Source: Marinilabiliales bacterium
Lineage (GTDB): Bacteria > Bacteroidota > Bacteroidia > Bacteroidales > PUMT01
DNA: 64,000 nucleotides
Direction: 5' to 3'
Assembly (NCBI GenBank): GCA_007695015.1
Contig: REEN01000027.1
Span: 4,994-68,993 of the forward strand
Translations under genes and position numbers: made by a program
The notes under the pieces: generated by a model
Seen by the model: the letters and a program-made list of their open reading frames with translations, nothing else
What the model was told of the DNA's origin: nothing
Databases searched by the model: none
Part shown: positions 31,189-39,151 of the stretch, piece by piece
Numbering within the stretch: position 1 is the first letter of the stretch
Layout of the letters: the number at the start of each line of letters is the position of its first letter

Positions 31189-31944
31189 ATGAGAAAGAAA
31201 ATTGTTGCAGGAAACTGGAAAATGAACACATCCCTGAACGAGGGTACGGGACTTGCAAAAGATGTTGCCAGCAATGCCGCGACGGGACTTCCCGAAGGGG
31301 TCTCGCTTATAATTGCACCTCCTTTTACCCACCTTATGACGATAAGGGAGATACTGCCGGCGGGAATCGGACTTTCGGCCCAGAACTGTGCTTCTGAAAA
31401 TTCGGGTGCATTCACCGGCGAAGTATCTGCTGCAATGATTGCATCGGCTGGTGCTGAATATGTTATTATAGGACATTCTGAAAGAAGATCTCTTTTCAAT
31501 GAAACAGATGAAGAACTCAACAGGAAGGTCAGTATAGCACTGGAAAACAATCTAAAGCCTATTTTCTGCTGCGGTGAGAACCTCGAAGAACGCGATAAGA
31601 ATATCCACAAAGATGTAGTTAAAAAACAGATCGTGTCGGGTCTTAAAGGTATTTCCAGGGATGATTTCAGTGACATTATCATAGCCTATGAACCGGTTTG
31701 GGCAATTGGCACGGGAAAAACGGCAACACCTGAACAGGCACAGGAGATGCACCTTTTTATCAGAAATCTATTGAGAGAGCTTTACGATGAAAGTGCAGCC
31801 GATCAGGCGGTCATTTTGTACGGAGGCAGTTGCAAACCTTCAAATGCCAAAGAGATATTCTCAAAGGAGGATGTTGACGGGGGACTTATCGGCGGAGCCT
31901 CACTCAAGGCAGAGGACTTCCTTGCAATAGCCCGATCATTTTGA
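31189..31944 (+). CDS. tpiA: Triose-phosphate isomerase
   Basis: AGNWKMN, IIGHSERR, AYEPVWAIGTG and YGGS motifs. Confidence 0.97.
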   Translation: MRKKIVAGNWKMNTSLNEGTGLAKDVASNAATGLPEGVSLIIAPPFTHLMTIREILPAGIGLSAQNCASENSGAFTGEVSAAMIASAGAEYVIIGHSERRSLFNETDEELNRKVSIALENNLKPIFCCGENLEERDKNIHKDVVKKQIVSGLKGISRDDFSDIIIAYEPVWAIGTGKTATPEQAQEMHLFIRNLLRELYDESAADQAVILYGGSCKPSNAKEIFSKEDVDGGLIGGASLKAEDFLAIARSF

Positions 31945-32116
31945 AACATTTTCACCAGTATATGGTATAACACCAGAGTATGTTGCCGGAGCATATGGTA
32001 ACCTGCAGCAGCAACCTTAAATAAGGTGGTAGTCTGAGGCCATAAGATGACCTCAATAACAAAAGACGGAGAATGGCTGAAGCTTTTATTCGTTAAACCT
32101 GACTGAGCCTGGATCA

Positions 32117-35100
32117 ATGGGGACTAAAACGTTTTTTGCATCACTTCTGGTTTCCGTAATAATGATCGGTTCGGCATGGTCCCAGAACAACCGGTCCTTC
32201 TCGGGAGATCCTGACACATTCACTTCAGAGCTGAGGGATTTCATGGGCAGGAACCTGAGCGAGGTACAAAACACCAGGCTGGAACAATTTATAACATTAT
32301 GGGATTCTGCAGCATATGCCCAGCCGGAAAAGGATTTCATTATCACCACCTCAGATATTCTCAGGTCACGAAATGCAAGACCCGTGCCCCATATGTACGC
32401 GTTTATCGAAACAATTATTCTTTTCGGTGACTATGACCTTGGCAATTTCAGGATCTGGCAGCAGGCTTTTTCTGATATGGCCGGAAGTGATGATGTTTCG
32501 CTGTCAGCTATTAATGAATTTCTGGTCTCCTCAGGCTGGTTCATTTCCGAAAACCGGCTGTTCAGGTCAGGTGCACTGTCATGGAAGGTCACCAGTAATG
32601 ATTACAGGCTGGTCTATGACGACACACTGAGGATCCTTTTCGGCAACACCGACCTGATGGCATTCAACCATATTGATACAATGATGGTCTCCGGTACAGG
32701 CGGAGTTTATTATCCCCGGACAAAAGTATGGAAAGGGACGGGCGGACGTGTTACCTGGGAGCGGGCCGGACTACCGGAAGCTGAAGCATTTGCAATGCTG
32801 GGACCCTACACTATAGACCTCAGCAGAAGTGAATATACTGCCGATTCAGCAAGTTTCAGGTATAACCGCTACCTGAGCACCCCCATGAGCGGAAGATTAA
32901 CAGACAGACTAATGACTACGAGCAACAGGGATGATGCCGGCTATCCCAGGTTTGTATCACACAGGCAGGAGCTCGTTATCAAGGGTATCTATTCAGGGGT
33001 CGATTACGAAGGAGGTCTGAGCATGAGAGGCGCCAGGCTGATAGGGTCAGGCAGCGAAACGGAAAATGCCAGGGTGCATTTCCACTATAACGGGGAACGA
33101 TGGCTTACAGCAGAGTCACTGAGTTTTGTTTTCAGGCCCCAAGGCATGACTTCGGGAAGTGCAAGCATACTGTTCTTTATCGAGAATGATTCTGTTTTCC
33201 ATCCCGATATGCAGATCAACTATATTGATAACAGCAGGGAACTGTCGGTCAGCCAGAATCAGAAAATAATATCGCAGAGTCCGTGGTACAACCATTTTCA
33301 CCAGGTTGACATGAGTTTCTCACAGCTTATATGGAACATTGACAGTACGGAAGTGGTTTTTACCATGCCCAGGGCCGGTTCTCTGGGTAATGCCAGCTTC
33401 AGATCTGCCAGCTACTTCGACAGGAATGAATTTATGCAGATCCAGGGGATGGAGCAGAGGCACCCGCTTGCAAACCTCAGAAGTTTCGGCACAAGCTACG
33501 GTTATGAAGATATGCCGGCCGAAGAATACGCCAGGTTCCTCCGCCGGCCTCTGTCCCAGGTAAGGCGCCACCTGCTTGATCTTTCGCGCCAGGGTTTTAT
33601 CTATTATGATACAGAAACCGATATCATAAGGGTAAGGGAGCGCCTGAACCACTATCTCCAGGCCAATTCAAGAAGGATCGACTACGATATAATCAGTTTT
33701 GAATCGCGAACGCGGGCACCGGTAAATAATGCAATGCTTGATTTGACCAACAGTGACCTTAAAATTTACGGCATTCCGCATGTTTCTATTAGCAACACCA
33801 AAAATGTAGACATTCTTCCATTTAACAGTACACTTACGCTCAAGAAGAACAGGAACTTCATTTTTGACGGAACCATAAATGCCGGAAATCTATCCTTCTT
33901 CGGCACCAATTATGCATTTGACTATGCCGGTTACAGCATAAACCTGCAGAATGTTGATTCCATAAGGCTCCGTGCATGGCTTGATGAAAGGGATGAATAT
34001 GGGAGATTTCTGCTTACTGAGGTATATAACATAATCAGGAACGTTACCGGCGAACTGGTCATAGACAGGCCATTCAACAAATCCGGACGGGTAGACATGC
34101 CTGAGTACCCAAAATTTACCTCAGCAGGGAACTCCTATGTGTTTTTTGACGATCCTGAGATATATGAGGGCGTTTATAAATCCGACCACTTCTATTTTGA
34201 ACTGGAACCGTTCCATATGGACAGTCTCAACACCTACCGGAATGAGAATATGAGGTTCAGCGGAAAACTGGTTTCTGCCGGTATCTTTCCCGATCTGGAG
34301 GGGCAGCTTTCCCTGCAGGAGGACTACTCCCTGGGCATGAATTACTCAACCCGGCGTGAAGGGATCCCAGCATACGGTAACAAAGGTACATTCTATAACG
34401 ACATCCTTCTTAGCAAAAGCGGGCTGGAAGGTATGGGCAGGCTGGAGTACCTGACGGCAGAGATAAGTTCACCCGGATTTCTGTTTTTCCCCGATTCAAT
34501 GAATGTGCAGGCTGATGAATTTCGGATAACCAGTCAGACAGCTGGCATAGAATTCCCCGATGTCAGATCATCCGGCAACAAAATAAACTGGCAGCCATAC
34601 GAAGATGTAATGGCAATAGGACCTGGCGATTCCGGCTTCAGCTTTTTCGAAGACCGTGCTCAGTTTGACGGACTACTGCTGCTTGGAAGCGCGGGGCTTG
34701 AAGGTGCGGGTATGATAGACATTAAAAATGCCAGGATATCTTCTGATGAATTTGATTTCAGTTCAGAATCATTCAGTGCCGACACCAGTAACCTGGAATT
34801 ACAGATGACCGGCAGGCCCGTTTCACTTGCAGCTGAAAAGATCAGCAGCCGGGTTGACCTGCGCTCAGGAAACGGCATGTTCAGAATTTCGCCGGAAACA
34901 GAAATGGTTTCGCTGCCTCTGAGCGGATTTATATCTAACCCGGTTACAATGGAATGGGATATGGCCGGGCAGAGATTTGACCTTCTGTCCGGGCAGACCT
35001 GCCCTGAAACCGGACGACGGGGTGCAAGGTACATATCTTCGGTGCGGGGACAGGATTCGCTCTATTTCTATTCATCCCATGCGGTTATGGATTACCGGAA

Positions 35101-36685
35101 CGAGCTGCTTCATGCCGGCGGTGTCGAATATCTTGAAGTCGCCGACGCAACAATATACCCGGCTGAAGAATCTCTTGTTATCGGAGAGGGAGGGCGCATA
35201 TTCCCCCTGAGAAACGGGAGTATCAGCGCCAGCAGGAAGAACCTGTATCACGACATCTACAATGCCACTGTTCAGATTAAAGGCAAGTACAGCTATTCCG
35301 GTTCAGGATATTATGACTACAGAGATGAGCGGGACAATTTGCATACAATACTCTTTGACACTATATTCGTTGACAGTGATACGGTTACAGTTGCTACGGG
35401 CTATATCCCGTATGGTCACAACTTTAAGCTGAGTCCCCGTTTTGAGTTTGCGGGAACAGCCGAACTGAATGCTTCGCGGCGTTTTCTGGACTTCAGCGGC
35501 AGCACCAGGATACTTCACGACTGCAGCCGGCTGGAAGATCACCGGATCTCATTCAGCAATATTATTGACCCCGTTGAGGTTATCATCCCTGTAACAGAGC
35601 AAACCTTATCATCTGAAAGAGAGAGAATATACTCAGGGATATTTGTTGCGACCGACTCCGTACATATCTACCCTGCATTCTTCACATCCAGGAGAAGCTG
35701 GTCTGACCAGCTCATAATAACGGCAAACGGTTATATGAAATATGACAATACCCGGGGAGATTATGTTATCACGTCAATGGAAAGGCACAAGGATCCGGGC
35801 GTGACGGCAAATATTCTGAGGCTTGATCCTGAAAAATGCATTATACGGGGGGAAGGCCCCCTCGAACTGGGAGTGGACCTGGGCCAACTGAAGATCAATA
35901 TGACCGGTAATGCCAGAAACGAGGTTGTGCCGAACGAGACCACTCTTGAGGGAGTAATGACAATGGATTTCTTCCTTTCCGAAGATGCACTGGCACTCAT
36001 TGCGAGGGCCGCCGACAGTATCCCGGGAGAGCCGGTTGACCATGATTCCTACTATTATGAGCGCGGGCTGAAATGGATACTGGGCGATGAAAAAGCCAGC
36101 TCACTGACAAATAGCGGTAATAACAACAGGTCAGGAAGAACTGAAAGCAAACCCGCTGAGCTGAACAACACATTCGTGCTTTCACACATAAAAATGGCAT
36201 GGAACAAGGAAAGCCGTTCCTACCGTTCGCATGGGCCGATAGGCATAGCAAGTATCGGGGGCATACCGGTCAATAAATATTTTAACGGATACCTGGAAGT
36301 AACCAAGAGGAGATCGGGTGATATGGCAGACTTCTACATAGAACTTGATGAGAGAAACTGGTACTACTTTGGATACACAAGGGGTACCATGCAGACATTC
36401 TCCTCAAACAGTGATTATGTCACAATTATAGGAGAAACTCCTCTAAGGCACAGAAGGATGAATGTATCTGCAAGGCAAACAAGGTTTGTCTATATGCTTG
36501 CCACAGATACGAAGCTGGAACAGTTCTTCAGGGTTTACAGGCAGCATCTCGAGGGAGAGACTATGTTCATACCTGATGAAGAGATCGAAATACCCGATGA
36601 AGAGATTGACCCCGATGAAGAGATTGACCCCGATGAAGAGATCGAAATACCCGACAACGAGAATACGGAAGAAGAGCCTCTTTGA
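32117..36685 (+). CDS. Very large exported protein of unknown function (1522 aa) with acidic repeat tail
   Basis: Uninterrupted 4.5-kb ORF. N-terminal signal peptide MGTKTFFASLLVSVIMIGSAWSQ. I recognise no domain. The C-terminus is IPDEEIEIPDEEIDPDEEIDPDEEIEIPDNENTEEEPL. Confidence 0.8.
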   Translation: MGTKTFFASLLVSVIMIGSAWSQNNRSFSGDPDTFTSELRDFMGRNLSEVQNTRLEQFITLWDSAAYAQPEKDFIITTSDILRSRNARPVPHMYAFIETIILFGDYDLGNFRIWQQAFSDMAGSDDVSLSAINEFLVSSGWFISENRLFRSGALSWKVTSNDYRLVYDDTLRILFGNTDLMAFNHIDTMMVSGTGGVYYPRTKVWKGTGGRVTWERAGLPEAEAFAMLGPYTIDLSRSEYTADSASFRYNRYLSTPMSGRLTDRLMTTSNRDDAGYPRFVSHRQELVIKGIYSGVDYEGGLSMRGARLIGSGSETENARVHFHYNGERWLTAESLSFVFRPQGMTSGSASILFFIENDSVFHPDMQINYIDNSRELSVSQNQKIISQSPWYNHFHQVDMSFSQLIWNIDSTEVVFTMPRAGSLGNASFRSASYFDRNEFMQIQGMEQRHPLANLRSFGTSYGYEDMPAEEYARFLRRPLSQVRRHLLDLSRQGFIYYDTETDIIRVRERLNHYLQANSRRIDYDIISFESRTRAPVNNAMLDLTNSDLKIYGIPHVSISNTKNVDILPFNSTLTLKKNRNFIFDGTINAGNLSFFGTNYAFDYAGYSINLQNVDSIRLRAWLDERDEYGRFLLTEVYNIIRNVTGELVIDRPFNKSGRVDMPEYPKFTSAGNSYVFFDDPEIYEGVYKSDHFYFELEPFHMDSLNTYRNENMRFSGKLVSAGIFPDLEGQLSLQEDYSLGMNYSTRREGIPAYGNKGTFYNDILLSKSGLEGMGRLEYLTAEISSPGFLFFPDSMNVQADEFRITSQTAGIEFPDVRSSGNKINWQPYEDVMAIGPGDSGFSFFEDRAQFDGLLLLGSAGLEGAGMIDIKNARISSDEFDFSSESFSADTSNLELQMTGRPVSLAAEKISSRVDLRSGNGMFRISPETEMVSLPLSGFISNPVTMEWDMAGQRFDLLSGQTCPETGRRGARYISSVRGQDSLYFYSSHAVMDYRNELLHAGGVEYLEVADATIYPAEESLVIGEGGRIFPLRNGSISASRKNLYHDIYNATVQIKGKYSYSGSGYYDYRDERDNLHTILFDTIFVDSDTVTVATGYIPYGHNFKLSPRFEFAGTAELNASRRFLDFSGSTRILHDCSRLEDHRISFSNIIDPVEVIIPVTEQTLSSERERIYSGIFVATDSVHIYPAFFTSRRSWSDQLIITANGYMKYDNTRGDYVITSMERHKDPGVTANILRLDPEKCIIRGEGPLELGVDLGQLKINMTGNARNEVVPNETTLEGVMTMDFFLSEDALALIARAADSIPGEPVDHDSYYYERGLKWILGDEKASSLTNSGNNNRSGRTESKPAELNNTFVLSHIKMAWNKESRSYRSHGPIGIASIGGIPVNKYFNGYLEVTKRRSGDMADFYIELDERNWYYFGYTRGTMQTFSSNSDYVTIIGETPLRHRRMNVSARQTRFVYMLATDTKLEQFFRVYRQHLEGETMFIPDEEIEIPDEEIDPDEEIDPDEEIEIPDNENTEEEPL
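36572..36661 (+). repeat. In-frame 21/18/18/21-nt tandem repeat encoding (I)PDEEI(E/D) units
   Basis: CCTGATGAAGAGATCGAAATA / CCCGATGAAGAGATTGAC / CCCGATGAAGAGATTGAC / CCCGATGAAGAGATCGAAATA, followed by a degenerate unit CCCGACAACGAG. Confidence 0.9.
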
Positions 36686-36692
36686 ACCGGCA

Positions 36693-37193
36693 TCAACATG
36701 TCCGTTCAAGCTCAGCAACCTCCAGGTCCTTTACAACTCCCTCCTCTATCACAAACCGCACAGCTGTCTGCACTTTATGGGCACCTGCCCGCCCGGCAGC
36801 ACCCGGATTGATATGAAGCAATCCAAGCTTGCTGTCATTAATTACCTTCAGAATGTGTGAATGTCCGCAAATAAAGAGTCCGGGAGGCGCCTCAAATATA
36901 GCCGGGACAACCGACCGGTCATACCTTCCCGGATAGCCGCCGATGTGGGTGATCCAGACATCCAGGCCACCTGCACTGAACCTTTGATGTTCAGGGTATG
37001 ATGCACGGATATCCGCACCATCAATGTTGCCGTGTACAGCTCTCAGTGGTTTCATGGAGGAGAGTTCTTCTGCAACCCCGGTACTGCCAATATCACCGGC
37101 ATGCCAAATCTCATCACAATACCCGATAAATTCTTTCAGCCTCTTGTCAAAATAACCATGGGTATCAGATAAACATGCTATTTTCAGACTCAT
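36693..37193 (-). CDS. YfcE/MJ0936-family metallophosphoesterase
   Basis: Metallophosphoesterase motifs SDTHG, HAGDIG, VHGNID and CGHSH. 166 aa. Confidence 0.88.
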   Translation of the reverse strand: MSLKIACLSDTHGYFDKRLKEFIGYCDEIWHAGDIGSTGVAEELSSMKPLRAVHGNIDGADIRASYPEHQRFSAGGLDVWITHIGGYPGRYDRSVVPAIFEAPPGLFICGHSHILKVINDSKLGLLHINPGAAGRAGAHKVQTAVRFVIEEGVVKDLEVAELERTC

Positions 37194-37267
37194 AAGAATG
37201 ATTTATTTTTATAAAACCTTATTTTTAGGTCCGCGAAAGGAATGACGTTAATCAAAATACAATTATA

Positions 37268-37978
37268 ATGCATTTATTCTATTCTCCTGTGATCAGAGAA
37301 GGCACTTTCACCCTTGACAGCGGTGAGTCATTGCACTGCACCCGGGTTCTGCGCCTCAGGCAGGGCGATATAATCCATATTACCGACGGTGCAGGCAGAA
37401 TACAGTCCGCCGAGATAGTTATTCCCGACAAAAACAAATGTGTCGTCAGAATTACTGATGAGCAGCAGATGCCGCCGGAAAGGGGTTTTCACCTGCAAAT
37501 AGCCATTGCACCGACAAAAAGCATTGACAGGTTTGAATGGTTTCTTGAGAAGGCAACAGAAATTGGAATAGACATTATAACACCTGTTATCTGCAGTAAT
37601 TCAGAACGAAGAATCGTGAAACCTGAACGGTGCAGGAAGGTAATGGTTGCTGCAATGAAGCAGTCGCTGAGTGCCTGGCTTCCTTCTATTGAAGATACTG
37701 TCAGTTTCATGGAATTTTTAAAGAAGCCTTTCGGCGGAACAAGAATTATCGCAACGGGCAGCGCCCCGCCGCATAATCATCCTGGCAGGTACTGCGCGCC
37801 GGGCAATCCCGTACAGATACTTATAGGACCGGAAGGAGACTTTACGGACGACGAAATGCAATCGGCAATACAAACCGGTTTCATCCCGGCAAGCCTGTCA
37901 CAAAAGAGGTTACGGACTGAAACGGCAGGTGTGGTGGCATGCCATGCAGTCAGTTTTATAAATCAACCCGGTCAATAG
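37268..37978 (+). CDS. rsmE: 16S rRNA (uracil1498-N3)-methyltransferase RsmE
   Basis: RsmE-type N-terminus (HLFY...GESLHCTRVLRLRQGD) and C-terminal SPOUT knot motifs IGPEGDFTDDE and RLRTETAG. Confidence 0.92.
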   Translation: MHLFYSPVIREGTFTLDSGESLHCTRVLRLRQGDIIHITDGAGRIQSAEIVIPDKNKCVVRITDEQQMPPERGFHLQIAIAPTKSIDRFEWFLEKATEIGIDIITPVICSNSERRIVKPERCRKVMVAAMKQSLSAWLPSIEDTVSFMEFLKKPFGGTRIIATGSAPPHNHPGRYCAPGNPVQILIGPEGDFTDDEMQSAIQTGFIPASLSQKRLRTETAGVVACHAVSFINQPGQ

Positions 37979-38193
37979 CTATTGCCGTATGGCCCCCTCA
38001 GCTGCCTGCCGGCATATTCAACCAGCCGCTCTACAACCGAGTTTCTGATCTCAAAAGCGTGCCGGTCCAGGAATAACGAAACATCGTCATAGGAACCGTA
38101 ATCTCCGCTAAGACAGTCTTCCTGGTCAACGAGCTCAGATAGCCCGCCATCCATATTGTTAAGCATGTAAATGTAATGGTAGTTTTTTCCCAT
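37972..38193 (-). CDS. Small acidic hypothetical protein (73 aa from ATG; doubtful)
   Basis: The ORF lies directly after the ECF-sigma terminator and overlaps the rsmE stop by 7 nt. I recognised no motif and saw no promoter box. Confidence 0.25.
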   Translation of the reverse strand: MGKNYHYIYMLNNMDGGLSELVDQEDCLSGDYGSYDDVSLFLDRHAFEIRNSVVERLVEYAGRQLRGPYGNSY

Positions 38194-38228
38194 AGGCGGT
38201 TTAACAACTTTTAACACTGTTTCAACCA

Positions 38229-38274
38229 AAAACGAAAGTTGGATAGTATTTAGTATTATACTTTATCCAACTTT
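38229..38274 (-). terminator. Rho-independent terminator downstream of the ECF sigma gene
   Basis: 11-bp stem AAAGTTGGATA / TATCCAACTTT (38235-38245 with 38264-38274), extendable by AGTAT/ATACT. On the minus strand it is followed by TCGTTTTT. Confidence 0.55.
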
Positions 38275-38314
38275 TGTGCGAAGTCCTTGAGTCTGCTTAC
38301 CTATAGCCTGATAT

Positions 38315-38890
38315 TCAACTCATTGTGAGGCTAATATTTTTTTTACTTATCAGTTTCCTGAGGTTTATGAGAGCATACCTCATCCGCCCAAGTGCCGTGT
38401 TTATGCTCACATCCGTCTGATCGGCGATCTCCTTGAAACTCATGCCGCCATAGTGCCTCAGAAGAATTACCTGTTTCTGCTCCTCAGGCAGCTCATCAAT
38501 GAGCATCCTCACATCATTTGTGATCTGCTCTCTTATCAGAACATCTTCGATATTCTGATCTGAAAGCTTCTTTGAGTTGAAAATATCAGCCTCATAATCA
38601 TCATTCGACAAGGTGTTTATCTGCTTTTCCTTCCTGAAATGGTCAATTATCAGGTTATGGGCGATCCTTATCACCCAGGACGCAAAACGGCCGTTATCCT
38701 TGTACTTGCCATCAACGAGAGATCTGATAACCTTAATGAAAGTATCCTGAAATATATCCTCGGCAAGCTGCTGGCTCTTCACAACCAGCAGGATATAGGT
38801 ATAAACCTTGGTTTTGTGCCTGTTTATAAGCTTCTCAATACCTTCCCTGTCGCCCGAAAGAAACTGCTCTATGAGTTCCTGGTCACTCAT
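38315..38890 (-). CDS. ECF-type RNA polymerase sigma-70 family factor
   Basis: 192 aa from ATG 38890. Region 2 (FQDTFIKV, ASWVIRIAHNLIIDHFRKEK) and region 4 HTH (MSFKEIADQTDVSINTALGRMRYALINLRK). The upstream extension to 38998 looks non-coding. Confidence 0.88.
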   Translation of the reverse strand: MSDQELIEQFLSGDREGIEKLINRHKTKVYTYILLVVKSQQLAEDIFQDTFIKVIRSLVDGKYKDNGRFASWVIRIAHNLIIDHFRKEKQINTLSNDDYEADIFNSKKLSDQNIEDVLIREQITNDVRMLIDELPEEQKQVILLRHYGGMSFKEIADQTDVSINTALGRMRYALINLRKLISKKNISLTMS

Positions 38891-39151
38891 TCTCTTTGCT
38901 TCCACGTCTACCTCCTTTTTTATGTTTCCTGGCGTAAAAGTTCTTCGATAGCAGTTTCTTTTTAAAGATTTAACATAATGCAATAATATAATATACAAAG
39001 TAATAAAAAAAATTCCGTTTCATAAATAATTTTAAAAAACAAAAGAAAACTGCTACCTTGCACCGGCACCGTCAAAATTGAATTACCTGACATGGTGCCT
39101 CTTACCATTTTTATCTGATATCACAATTCATCGTTAATTGACGCAATAATT

